The notes beneath the pieces were generated by a model. The model had not been told where the DNA came from and ran no database searches. It saw only the letters and a program-made list of their open reading frames with translations. Made by a program: the position numbers and the translations under genes. From NCBI GenBank assembly GCA_037308085.1, contig CP147779.1, positions 736,001-800,000 on the forward strand: a DNA stretch of 64,000 nucleotides, given 5' to 3'. Positions within the stretch are counted from its first letter, which is position 1; every line of letters begins with the position of its first letter. Below are positions 29,099-38,706 of the stretch, piece by piece. Source of the stretch: Promethearchaeati archaeon SRVP18_Atabeyarchaeia-1 (GTDB lineage: Archaea; Asgardarchaeota; Atabeyarchaeia; Atabeyarchaeales; Atabeyarchaeaceae).

Positions 29099-30730
29099 TT
29101 GAACTACCCGTCGTTGGACAAATACCTCTCCCAGATGGAAAAGTGCGCGAAGTGCGGAGATTGCGCGTACGCGGTGAAATTGACGACCTCAAGGAAACCG
29201 ATATCGATGCCCTGCGCCGTCAGAAACGTTCTTGGATTTGAGGCCTATGATGCGCGAGGGAGAATAATTGTAATGAAGAATCTCTTGCAGGGAAAGATCG
29301 AAGCCGACGAGAAATTCCTAGATTGGCTATATACGTGCACTACTTGCGCAAACTGTAAGGAGACGTGTCTTGCCGTGCCTGACGGCATAGACACACCATC
29401 CATGGTGGAAGCGATGAGAAAGGATGCGGTCGCTCAAGGACTGACCCTAGACAAACATCTCACAATCAAGGGCTTCACCCAGAACCAGCATAATCCATAC
29501 GGGGAGCCGCATTCGAAGAGAAGGGAATTCCTTAGGACTGAAAAGTTGCCTAGCAAAGGCAAGGTAAGCTACTTCGTGGGTTGCACCACATCGTACAGAC
29601 AGCAGGATGTCGCAAGGGCCACAGTTAAGCTTTTGAAGCACGCTGGAGTTGATTTTGCTATGCTGGGGGACGAATGGTGCTGTGGCTCGGTGCATCTCAG
29701 ATTGGGATATGAGGAGCTTGCAAGAGAGGTAATGGAGCACAACTTGGATGAGATCGACAGGGCCGGTTCGGAGACTGTTGTCACAACGTGCTCGGGGTGC
29801 TACAGAGCATTAAAAGATGCTTATCGGAGCCTCGAGAGCAGTGAAGGCTCAAGAATAAAGATCCTTCACATAACGGAATTGCTTGACCAGCTAGCCGAGA
29901 AAGGGAAGATATCATTCTCGGCCAAGAAACTAGCTAGAGTGACTTACCACGACCCCTGCCACTTAGGGCGTCATGGCGGCGTCTATGAAGCCCCAAGAAG
30001 ACTTATTGAGAGAGTCAAGGGCGCTCAACTTGTGGAAATGAAGACGAACCGGAGCTACGCTCATTGCTGTGGCGCTGGTGGAGGAGTGAAGTCCACTCAC
30101 CCTAACCTTGCAACTCAGGTTGCCAGACAAAGGATCGGGGAAGCCCTCGAAGTCAACTCAGATCTACTCTTGACCGCGTGCCCATTCTGCAAGACAAATC
30201 TATCTGACGCGTCAAATGACCTCATTAGAGTCCAAGACGTGGTCGAATATCTTGCCGACAGCCTAAGCACAGCACCCGGTCCAAATGCGCTCCCTGTTCA
30301 GCAGTTGGGGGCAAGCGAACTCGGTGGCGCTGATTTCCAAGCTTATTTGGGGCGCCATCCTGAGATATTCGTAGATCTCGTCAAAGATTCAATTCTTGAC
30401 TTTGCCTACTTCAGGTCATGGAACTCTTTTGACAAAGGGGAAAAACCCATAGATGTATTCAATGTGAAGCGAACCGAAAGCGGGATCGAAATTAAGCTTG
30501 GTCGAGCTGAGAGAGCCGACGTGGCTCTGAACTTCTCACCCGACTCCGTCAGGGATTTGGTCGCAAGCGCCAACAGGGACGAGTATGCAAAGAAATTCGG
30601 CCGCTTCTATAACGAGCCTACCGAAGACAAGTGGATAGACTTCATACTGAACAAGAGTACCAAGACTCTGATAAGAATGGGCTATGGGAAATTCGCCAGA
30701 GAAGCAGGAATACTTCAAGAAGAAGAGTGA
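29099..30730 (+). CDS. (Fe-S)-binding CCG-domain protein (GlpC/HdrD-like) with extra C-terminal SCP2-like domain
   Basis: CAKCGDC, CTTCANC..TC, EWCCG, TYHDPCHLGR, HCCGAGGG, ACPFC; ~130-aa C-terminal extension. Confidence 0.85.
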   Translation: MNYPSLDKYLSQMEKCAKCGDCAYAVKLTTSRKPISMPCAVRNVLGFEAYDARGRIIVMKNLLQGKIEADEKFLDWLYTCTTCANCKETCLAVPDGIDTPSMVEAMRKDAVAQGLTLDKHLTIKGFTQNQHNPYGEPHSKRREFLRTEKLPSKGKVSYFVGCTTSYRQQDVARATVKLLKHAGVDFAMLGDEWCCGSVHLRLGYEELAREVMEHNLDEIDRAGSETVVTTCSGCYRALKDAYRSLESSEGSRIKILHITELLDQLAEKGKISFSAKKLARVTYHDPCHLGRHGGVYEAPRRLIERVKGAQLVEMKTNRSYAHCCGAGGGVKSTHPNLATQVARQRIGEALEVNSDLLLTACPFCKTNLSDASNDLIRVQDVVEYLADSLSTAPGPNALPVQQLGASELGGADFQAYLGRHPEIFVDLVKDSILDFAYFRSWNSFDKGEKPIDVFNVKRTESGIEIKLGRAERADVALNFSPDSVRDLVASANRDEYAKKFGRFYNEPTEDKWIDFILNKSTKTLIRMGYGKFAREAGILQEEE

Positions 30731-30812
30731 GCTACCAACCCTGAAGCGTGTGGGCTCGCCAGCTCGATTATTGCAGGAGCCGAGCCAAGCTGATACAAGG
30801 CTGGAACCCGAT
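30727..30812 (-). mobile_element. Short IS200/IS605 right-end remnant
   Basis: Minus strand GAGCCCACACGCTTCAGGGTTGGTAGCTCAC resembles the TnpB right-end hairpin followed by TCAC. Confidence 0.55.
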
Positions 30813-30815
30813 TTT

Positions 30816-31283
30816 CTATTTTGCATCAGGGCTGCTAATCTGCTCCATGAACCCATAACGATTCGCCCAATTTCTGTAGCCAACTCTCCAAAGTGCTAGC
30901 CGACTCTTGTTCACTTTGTAATCCAAATCCCAGGCGCCTGATCCTTCTTTCATAATCTTCGAGTAATTCGAGTAGTAGGTCTTAGCGTCAGGCGAGGATG
31001 ACATAAGTTCGACAATTGCTTCCTCCGTGAAGTAGAGAATCAAGTCAGGTGTTTCCGATGCCGCGCCGATACCAAGTTCCAAACGCCGTTCGCTGGTCTT
31101 CTTTAGGTGAAACAGGACTCTCTCATTACCATCAAGCGTGGGACTTCTGACATGGTACTCCCAAATTGCCCCGATACTGAGATCCATCATGAGATCGGGA
31201 TGACTGGGGTAGTACTCTTTCACCATCTTCAGTAGCTCTCCAGGCGTTGGAGTGGAAACATCTTTGCCTTTTGCCGGAGACAA
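30816..31283 (-). CDS. Hypothetical protein, homolog of the C-terminal (SCP2-like) domain of 29099-30730
   Basis: Colinear matches HPDLMMDL/HPEIFVDL, PDLILYF/ADVALNF, NKS..L.R.GY..A...G. Confidence 0.7.
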   Translation of the reverse strand: MSPAKGKDVSTPTPGELLKMVKEYYPSHPDLMMDLSIGAIWEYHVRSPTLDGNERVLFHLKKTSERRLELGIGAASETPDLILYFTEEAIVELMSSSPDAKTYYSNYSKIMKEGSGAWDLDYKVNKSRLALWRVGYRNWANRYGFMEQISSPDAK

Positions 31284-31389
31284 AACGGGGCACCACCTCT
31301 TGTTCAGGGAGTCACGCCTTACTCGAAAGCAGCATAAAAAAGAAAAAGAAAGTAGACAGCAGGCGCCTAATGACCTTACGGCATTAGGT

Positions 31390-31788
31390 TTACCTTACAG
31401 CCTCTAGGATGGTTCTGAACTTGATGGCGTCTGGGAGTGGTCCTTGGATTCTGAGTTGGCCACCCATGTAAGCAGAGGTAGCGTCAATCTCACCCTTCAG
31501 CATACCTGTGAATGTAGCTGTATCTGCCTCGAGGGTGATGTCTGCAGACGAGTGTGTTCCCGAAGTTGGACCGGCTGCCTTCTTGGCCTTGAACTCGACG
31601 TAGAATGGTGCCCCATCACTGACTGAAAACTGCATGATACGGTCCCAATCCTCAAGCTCAGCTTGGGCTGCCGAGGACTTGTTTATCTGACCGACTAGCC
31701 CACTCATCGCGTCCATAAGCGGTGAACCTTTTCCTGCTGGTTTTCCTGCTGGTTTTGCTGCTGCTGCTGCTGCTGGTTTCTTAGACAT
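31390..31788 (-). CDS. SCP2 sterol/lipid-binding domain protein
   Basis: ADITLEAD..TF.GML.GEIDATSAYMGGQLRIQG; Ala/Lys/Pro low-complexity N-terminus. Confidence 0.88.
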   Translation of the reverse strand: MSKKPAAAAAAKPAGKPAGKGSPLMDAMSGLVGQINKSSAAQAELEDWDRIMQFSVSDGAPFYVEFKAKKAAGPTSGTHSSADITLEADTATFTGMLKGEIDATSAYMGGQLRIQGPLPDAIKFRTILEAVR

Positions 31789-32110
31789 TTTACCTCGTTC
31801 CTCCTTATTCTACGAGAATAGAATCCCAGAATTCGTCTATAAATACGTATCTAGGCAATGAATAAAGGTTAAGCTTGTTCCTTATAAACTTGAGTATTGC
31901 TTCTTCCTCGGAAAATTTTATTCCGTGGCGGGCAGATCGCATGCGTCAGAGAGAGGGAGAGATTCTTCTGAACGAAAAGGAAACTCGGGTTTCATGAACT
32001 GGGTCAACGGGGCGAGACTGCGATCTTTTCCGCTGACACCAAGTTTAAGAACAAATACCACGGAACTAGGTCGCCCCGCAAATTGTGGGAAATCCGCTGA
32101 GGATCCTCGA

Positions 32111-33304
32111 CTATACGATCTTGGCTTTTTGCAGCTTCTTGATCTCCTCTCTACTCATTCCCAGAACCTGTGACAATAACTCGACGGTGTGCTCGCCGAG
32201 TTCAGGGGGTGCGCTTCTAATAGTCAAGGGCGTGTCTGAGAGCTTGATAGGGGTCCCGATCTGCTTTATTCTGCCGGCGACTGGGTGGTCAATCTCGATG
32301 AGCATCTGCCTGTGTAGCACTTGAGCGTCCTTGAAAACCTCCTCGATCGAGTTTACGGGTCCGCATGGGACATCAGCCGCGTTCAGTTCCTGGATCCACT
32401 CAGAGAGAGTCTTACCCCTGAACGTTTCTCTTAGGGTAGTGAATAGGCCAGGTTGCTCGACGGGATTCATGAAGTTTACCCTAGTAAGGTCTTTCCTGCC
32501 CAAGGCGATACAGAGGTTCTTCCAGAACCATTCTTCAAGGATCCCCAGTGTAAGGTATTTACCATCTTTTGTCTCGTAGACATTGTATGCTGCTAACCCC
32601 CCTGAAAGCATCATTCTACCTCGCTCGGGTGATCTGCCTTCCCCAAAGTACTCTGCGGCATGAATTGAAAGCCATGACACTATTCCATCCAGCATGGAGA
32701 CGTCTACGAATTGACCTTTCCCTGTCTTCGATCTAGACAAGAGAGCAGCCAATATTGATGTTGTAGCAAGCATTCCTCCAGCACCAATATCTGCGATCTG
32801 AACGCCAGGTATGACGGGTGGACCATTCTTTTCTCCTGTAATGCTGAGTATCCCTCCGTAGCCGATGTAGTCAATATCATGGCCCGAAAGGTTGCTGTAT
32901 GGCCCGTGTTGACCATAACCGGAAATGGCGCAATAGATTATCCGCGGATTGATGACCTTCAGCTGGTCATAGTCTATATTGAGCCGCTTCGCCACTCCGG
33001 GTCTGAAGCTCTCCAAGATCACGTCCGACTTTGGTACGAGCCTGAGGAAGATCTCTCTCCCCTCACCGGATTTGAGATCCAGCGTAAGGCTTTTCTTGTT
33101 GCGATTCAGAATCAGATAGCGGTAACTCTTTCCATGAACCAAGGGAGGAATCCAGCGGATATAATCCCCAAAGCCCGGCTCCTCAATCTTGATCACTTCT
33201 GCGCCAAGATCCGCCAACATCAGTGAGCAGAATGGACCGGGCAGCAATCGTGAAAGATCCAGTACTCTAACCCCATCAAGTGGCAACGACAACGCGATAG
33301 TCAC
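32111..33304 (-). CDS. CaiB/BaiF family III CoA-transferase (alpha-methylacyl-CoA racemase-like)
   Basis: PLDGVRVLDLSRLLPGP, LADLGAEVIKIE, NRNKKS, GHDI, PPELGEHT. Confidence 0.92.
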   Translation of the reverse strand: MTIALSLPLDGVRVLDLSRLLPGPFCSLMLADLGAEVIKIEEPGFGDYIRWIPPLVHGKSYRYLILNRNKKSLTLDLKSGEGREIFLRLVPKSDVILESFRPGVAKRLNIDYDQLKVINPRIIYCAISGYGQHGPYSNLSGHDIDYIGYGGILSITGEKNGPPVIPGVQIADIGAGGMLATTSILAALLSRSKTGKGQFVDVSMLDGIVSWLSIHAAEYFGEGRSPERGRMMLSGGLAAYNVYETKDGKYLTLGILEEWFWKNLCIALGRKDLTRVNFMNPVEQPGLFTTLRETFRGKTLSEWIQELNAADVPCGPVNSIEEVFKDAQVLHRQMLIEIDHPVAGRIKQIGTPIKLSDTPLTIRSAPPELGEHTVELLSQVLGMSREEIKKLQKAKIV

Positions 33305-33507
33305 CCTCGATATTCTGCAACATGAAGTCTGTTAGATATGGCATCCAGCCTATAGCATTTAACGAGATGTTTATTTATTTGTAGTTAGTGTTAGTTCTGA
33401 AATCAGTGTTTGCTGGATGCAGCTATTTAGTCTATCGCTGGTCAGTGTTTATTCATAAGGCATTTCAGACCATGTTGTCGTGTGCGAGGATTGTGGAGAG
33501 TGTAACC

Positions 33508-34527
33508 TTGAGCGTGTTCAAAATCCTTGAAGAAAAAGCGAAGGTGGTTGAGAATGAGTTGCAGCCATACATCCCCCTGAAAGAGCCTAAGGAACTCTAT
33601 GAACTGATGCGTGAGTACCCCTTAAGAGGAGGGAAACGCCTGAGACCCGCATTCTGTATGCTAAGTTGTGAAGCCTTCGGCGGAAAAATGGAACGCTCCA
33701 TCAGATCCGCCACAGCCTTGGAGGTTTTCCAGAATTGGGCATTGATACACGATGATATTGAGGACGACTCAGATTTGAGGAGGGGAAAACCATGCCTCCA
33801 TAGGATCTATGGTGTCCCTCTTGCAATAAACGCTGGAGACGGTCTCCATGTAAAGATGTGGGAGATGCTGTTTGACAACCGAAGTATCTTGGGAGACGAG
33901 TTGACCTTTCGCATATTGGACGAGTTCAAGCGATTGAGTATTGAGACTGTTGAAGGGCAAGCTATTGAGATCAACTGGGTCTCGTCGAAGAAGTACGACT
34001 TGATTGACGAAGACTACTATCGAATGGCTGGCAAGAAAACATCTTGGTACACGGTTACAACCCCCTTCAGGGTAGGCGCTATAATCGCAGGTGCGGACGA
34101 GCCCGTTATAGAAAGCATCACTGATTTCGGCTGGAAGCTGGGAATAGCCTTCCAGATCCAAGACGATTTACTCAACCTCGTCGGTGAAGAATCGAAGTAT
34201 GGCAAAGAAATCGCGGGAGACATAGCCGAAGGAAAGAGAACTCTGATGCTGATCAACCTCCTCAACACCTGCAAGAAAGATGAGAAGGCAAAAGTAATGA
34301 AGATACTAGACAAGGACCGCCACGCCAAGAAGGAGACCGAAATAAAGTACATACTGGAACTGATGCAAGAATACGGAAGCATTGAATTCGGAAAGAGGAA
34401 AGCCAGAGAATTTGCGTCGCAGAGCAAAACCGTCTTGAACGACCACATGGCACCCAAGTTCAGATCCGACTCAGCTGGGAAGACAATATCCCAGCTAGTT
34501 GATTTTGTAATAAACCGGGAATACTAA
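33508..34527 (+). CDS. Polyprenyl diphosphate synthase (GGPP synthase type)
   Basis: GGKRLRP, IHDDIED...RRG, AINAGD, GQ, KT, FQIQDD, DIAEGKRT; TTG 33508 is the likely start. Confidence 0.92.
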   Translation: MSVFKILEEKAKVVENELQPYIPLKEPKELYELMREYPLRGGKRLRPAFCMLSCEAFGGKMERSIRSATALEVFQNWALIHDDIEDDSDLRRGKPCLHRIYGVPLAINAGDGLHVKMWEMLFDNRSILGDELTFRILDEFKRLSIETVEGQAIEINWVSSKKYDLIDEDYYRMAGKKTSWYTVTTPFRVGAIIAGADEPVIESITDFGWKLGIAFQIQDDLLNLVGEESKYGKEIAGDIAEGKRTLMLINLLNTCKKDEKAKVMKILDKDRHAKKETEIKYILELMQEYGSIEFGKRKAREFASQSKTVLNDHMAPKFRSDSAGKTISQLVDFVINREY

Positions 34528-34596
34528 GAAAGAGAAGGGCAACTGGTTTAACGTCTCGAGGATCAGGAGTGCCATCTTCTGTCTCTTGTGAGGAGC

Positions 34597-35406
34597 CTAG
34601 TGGACGAACCACTGCCAGGCAACAGGAATTACGATTCCAAGCTGAAGCAGCATGAAGAATACTAGGAGTGTCGTCAATAGGGGAACTGTGAGATTGTCGA
34701 CGCCGAAAGGAGTTATGGCCTCAAGGATCATGGCAACAAAAGCCGCAATCAACGATATCTCAAGCATTAGTGGCAGGGTAAGCCCGACAGGCATAGCTAA
34801 AGATGGTTGAATCAATGGAACTATCGAATTGAAGTAGAACATGGTGGCCATCGCCGCAATAGTTCCAAAGACAAAGAGAGTTAATGAACCAACGACGCTC
34901 CGGCTACAGCCAAAGACTTCATACTGGGAACCGCTTCCGTATCGCTTCCCAATTAGGCATGCGAAGCCGTCGCCCCAGATCATTATCTCGATTCCGACTG
35001 CGCCCACGAAGAAGTAGAGATAATACGATCCATAGCCAAATACAGAAACTAGCAAACCGATTGAGATTATGTATAGGAGGGGTCCTATGATGTGTCCCTT
35101 TTTCCGATCCATGTCCCTAGCCATCGACTGAAACATGTCCCTAAAAGCCTTGACGCGACTCTTCGGAGTCAGGAGAAGGACAAAGACCGCTAGTGTCCAA
35201 GGAACCAAAGACACCACCCAAGAATGCTCGAAGAGGGGCCAAAAGAAAATAGCATTTCCAGCACCGATATGTACGATCTTCCTCGATATGTCAGATTTCC
35301 CCGCCTTACTTCTTTTTGAAAGGGCCGTCCCTAGCCCTATCACCGCGAAGACATAGCCGAACGCGATTACCGAAGCCAATATGTCATTTGGAAAGATACC
35401 GGACAA
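34597..35406 (-). CDS. Polyprenol/phytol (dolichol-type) kinase or cytidylyltransferase-family membrane protein
   Basis: SRKIVHI..G, WGDGFA.LIGKRYG, RS..GS, E.....GVDNL.VP; multiple TM segments; TTG 35406 follows GGAGG. Confidence 0.82.
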   Translation of the reverse strand: MSGIFPNDILASVIAFGYVFAVIGLGTALSKRSKAGKSDISRKIVHIGAGNAIFFWPLFEHSWVVSLVPWTLAVFVLLLTPKSRVKAFRDMFQSMARDMDRKKGHIIGPLLYIISIGLLVSVFGYGSYYLYFFVGAVGIEIMIWGDGFACLIGKRYGSGSQYEVFGCSRSVVGSLTLFVFGTIAAMATMFYFNSIVPLIQPSLAMPVGLTLPLMLEISLIAAFVAMILEAITPFGVDNLTVPLLTTLLVFFMLLQLGIVIPVAWQWFVH

Positions 35407-35731
35407 GCTTAGATCTTCCTCCTTCCATCGGCCCTTGACACATGCTAGTAGGTGCTGTGTGCATACAGTCACGTGCTTCATTGTTCTAAGTTATAATACT
35501 TGCTGATTGAATGAATCCCAATCATTCTCTGACATTTTTGTCTTATTCCGAGAACAAAAAGTATTTAAATTGATTTCCACAAGATAGGTAACTCAGTCTA
35601 CTGCTTCTTTCCAAGTTCCTCACGGGTCTTGGGAAGCAACATTGCCCTGGTTTTTCATCAATAGCATCGATGTCCGCACCCGTGTGGGTTCCGCCACATA
35701 GCGAGTGGATGGCAGTGGAAGGTGAGTTTCC

Positions 35732-36478
35732 GTGTCTAACTCGAGCATAAGCGAATACGAGGACTTGGCCCAAGGCATAGCGGGAGAGATAGCACTATCT
35801 GAGGGACCTGGAAGGATAATGAAGAAGTGGAGAGAGAAATTCCAAGTTCCGCAGAAGGAACTTGCTGACCACCTCGAGATTTCTCCCTCGGTCATAAGCG
35901 ACTATGAAAGCGGGAGAAGGACCTCTCCCAGAGTTGAGACAATAAGGAAGTTTGTCGACGCACTCCTGTTGCTTGATCAAAGAAGAGGAAGCCCAGTCTC
36001 CAGAGGGCTGAAGAGAATTGTTGGTACAGGAATTCCACCCGATATTTTGCTCGATCTCAGAAAGTTCCAAGCTCCCATCAAGGTGAGGGATTTCTGTGAG
36101 TACCTGCATGCCAGGATTGTTGCAGGCAAGGATTTTGCTGACAGAGAAGTATGGGGCTACACCGCAATAAACAGCGTTGCCGCCATACTCAGACTCGACG
36201 TCAAACAGCTCTTTGAATTGCAGAGGCAGACCTCTGGTCGCGCAGCCATATTCACCAACGTATCTACCGGAAGATCGCCTCTCGTTGCTATAAAAAGCAG
36301 TCAGATAGGCTTTCAGAACAGAGTGAACCCGACGCTAATTGTTCTACACGGTCTTGATCCAAACAGAGTGGATATCGTAGCCCTAAAGATATCCGAAACC
36401 GAACGCATCCCCCTGGCGGTGTCTACCATAAAGGGTGTAGACGAGCTAGTTAGAAGACTACGGACTTTCAATTCCTAG
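35732..36478 (+). CDS. XRE-HTH transcriptional regulator (COG1709-like), paralog 1
   Basis: IAGEIALS..PG..MKKWRE.F...Q..LA..L.ISPSVISDYESGRR.SP; STGRSPLVAIK. Confidence 0.88.
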   Translation: MSNSSISEYEDLAQGIAGEIALSEGPGRIMKKWREKFQVPQKELADHLEISPSVISDYESGRRTSPRVETIRKFVDALLLLDQRRGSPVSRGLKRIVGTGIPPDILLDLRKFQAPIKVRDFCEYLHARIVAGKDFADREVWGYTAINSVAAILRLDVKQLFELQRQTSGRAAIFTNVSTGRSPLVAIKSSQIGFQNRVNPTLIVLHGLDPNRVDIVALKISETERIPLAVSTIKGVDELVRRLRTFNS

Positions 36479-36503
36479 GAGGAGCTGCGTCAAACGTTTG
36501 CGT

Positions 36504-37064
36504 TCATGTCTGTTGCTTCCGAGAGATCAGGGAGTTTAATTCGGTCTCAATCTCCTTTGTGCGATTGAATGCTCGCGTCAGCGTAGAGTTCCTGCCATAT
36601 TTCCTGAACCACTTGTCATATCGTTCTCTCACCGTGGTTCTCCCATTCTCCGAAGTAGTCTTATCAGCATAGCAGACTATCTTCTCTTCCATCTTCATCG
36701 AAACGGGCTTCTCTTCATTCGATTCGGATTCTAGGTCAGACTTATCCGCGAGCACTCCGCAAAGAACGTGCGTTTCGGCGATTCTGGCAAGGCAATCCGG
36801 ATAGCCCAACTCACGTAGCATCTGCGCGCCAACCTTTCCATGCGCTATTCCATGCACCCTAGACCTTCCGATGTCATGAAGGAGGGCGCCGGCCTCAACC
36901 AAGGCAGTGTCGACGCTAACCCCGTTCTGACACATTCTCGTAGCGATTTCGAGCGAGGTTCTGGCCACAACCGTAGAGTGTTCTATGATCTTACTATCCA
37001 GACCCACTTTTCTAAGGAGGCGCAAGCAGCTCTCCCTACTCGGAATCCCACGCTTCAATTTCAT
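36504..37064 (-). CDS. HDIG-domain metal-dependent phosphohydrolase
   Basis: H.....GALLHDIGRS..HG..HG..GA, EEKIVCYADK. Confidence 0.85.
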   Translation of the reverse strand: MKLKRGIPSRESCLRLLRKVGLDSKIIEHSTVVARTSLEIATRMCQNGVSVDTALVEAGALLHDIGRSRVHGIAHGKVGAQMLRELGYPDCLARIAETHVLCGVLADKSDLESESNEEKPVSMKMEEKIVCYADKTTSENGRTTVRERYDKWFRKYGRNSTLTRAFNRTKEIETELNSLISRKQQT

Positions 37065-37115
37065 GCCCGCCCAATTACCATGAAGCAGTAATCAGAAATC
37101 AACTATTCCAGAACC

Positions 37116-38150
37116 CTATCTCGCTCTCCTACGCGGGATCTTTCCCCTTCTGTCTATAGTGGAGTCAATGTCCGCTCCGGTCCCCACAATTGCGACCGGT
37201 ACCTTGATCTTCTCCTCGATTTCCTTGATGAACGCTAATGCTTCTCTTGGAAGATCCTCCTCAGACTTTGCATCCTTGCACTGGGGGAATAATACGTCAA
37301 GTTTGGTTATCGCCACCTTCGTTGCCCCGTTAAGCATGGCGGCTCTTCGAGCTAAATCGAAGTTGAAGGGTGCTGCCCTTCTGAGTCTGCCCGTCACTGT
37401 CCCGTATTCAGTCCAGCCCCTCCTCTTGGTTTCATCCTCGTTCAGCTCTCCGGGGAGCTCTCCTGCACCCACACGAGTCACGAAGGACTTGAAGACAACC
37501 AACACATCATCAATACGAGTTGGACCAATGCCCACGTCTGCGCATGCCCCCGAAGCGCAGACATCCTTACTTGTGCAATATGGATAGGTCCCGTGAAACA
37601 AGGACAGAAATGTGCCCTGTGTTCCCTCAACTATGACAACATTCCCCTTGTCAAGGGCATCATTTGCCTCCTTAGAGGTATCCGCTAGAAATTCCTTCAA
37701 CTCGGGTATATCCCTGGCTAGTTTGGTCAACCTCAAAGCTCTGTCTGCATTGCAGGGCCCCGTACCACTCCCCGTCGTACCCACCTTTGATGACAGATGA
37801 GTGTCTTGCTTGTCCCGATCTATGTGCTGTCGCTCTATGATTGCACATTGCCTATCGACCCCTATCCTTCCCCTAACCTTCGTCTTCTCAATCTCATCAA
37901 AGAAAATGCTGGGGTCGACTAAGACTCCTGGCCCGATAAGGAGCCTCGCCTTTTCATACGGGAACCCGCTCGGAACCTGCCTGAGCCTGACAGTTGTTCC
38001 ACCCACGCTGAACGAGTGACCAGCATTCGTCCCCACACCGGCCCTAGCAACTATCGCAGGGCGATCTCTCACCGACAGGTAGGCAACAATCTTGCCCTTG
38101 CCCTCGTCACCAAAGAACCCCCCTACTATAACTGTGCAAGGCATCAGCAA
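37116..38150 (-). CDS. purA: Adenylosuccinate synthetase (short archaeal type)
   Basis: GGFFGDEGKGK, NAGH, GTTGSGTGP, EGTQG, GTYPY.TS, GTVTGR.RR, TKLD. Confidence 0.96.
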   Translation of the reverse strand: MLMPCTVIVGGFFGDEGKGKIVAYLSVRDRPAIVARAGVGTNAGHSFSVGGTTVRLRQVPSGFPYEKARLLIGPGVLVDPSIFFDEIEKTKVRGRIGVDRQCAIIERQHIDRDKQDTHLSSKVGTTGSGTGPCNADRALRLTKLARDIPELKEFLADTSKEANDALDKGNVVIVEGTQGTFLSLFHGTYPYCTSKDVCASGACADVGIGPTRIDDVLVVFKSFVTRVGAGELPGELNEDETKRRGWTEYGTVTGRLRRAAPFNFDLARRAAMLNGATKVAITKLDVLFPQCKDAKSEEDLPREALAFIKEIEEKIKVPVAIVGTGADIDSTIDRRGKIPRRRAR

Positions 38151-38706
38151 TTCACCTCAGCCGTCAAGACTCACGAGATACGCGTAAAGAAGAGCGGGAT
38201 AAGCTTGATCTATTCCCCTAATAAAACCTATCCAAGAACACCTAGGAGCCCTAGGCACGTTAAAATACGGATCCTGCCTCCTTACCTGATAGATGCCGGG
38301 CCATGAAATAGAGTTTTGATCTGATTACAAGGTCCAAAATGACGAAAAGGCATTAGGATGAGCCTGGCATCGCTTTCGTCACCGCCGTCGGCTTCAGGTT
38401 CTTCGAAGATTCAAAGATATGAAAGCATGGGCTTGAAGGTGCTGCCAGTGAGAAGAGATTCCCTCACAGAGATATCGCCGTTTCTCCTCTCACTAAGAAT
38501 CATGCAAATTGGTCGATTTGATTCAACGTTCGGGCGGAATTCCCAGAATGCGGATCTTGGCTGCGATTTGAGGCGATTGTTGGAGTGTAAATATGATTAA
38601 TCCCCAACATTGCCTTGACATCATGCCGCTTGTAGGAAGCACAAATTGCCATGGGGTTCTCCAAGTGATAATGGCAAGACCTGAAGAAAGAAGGAAGAAG
38701 CCAATT

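Noticed and set aside
31729-31775. Short tandem repeats (TTTTCCTGCTGG twice; GCT run)
   Set aside because: They simply encode the low-complexity KPAAAAAAKPAGKPAG N-terminus of SCP2.
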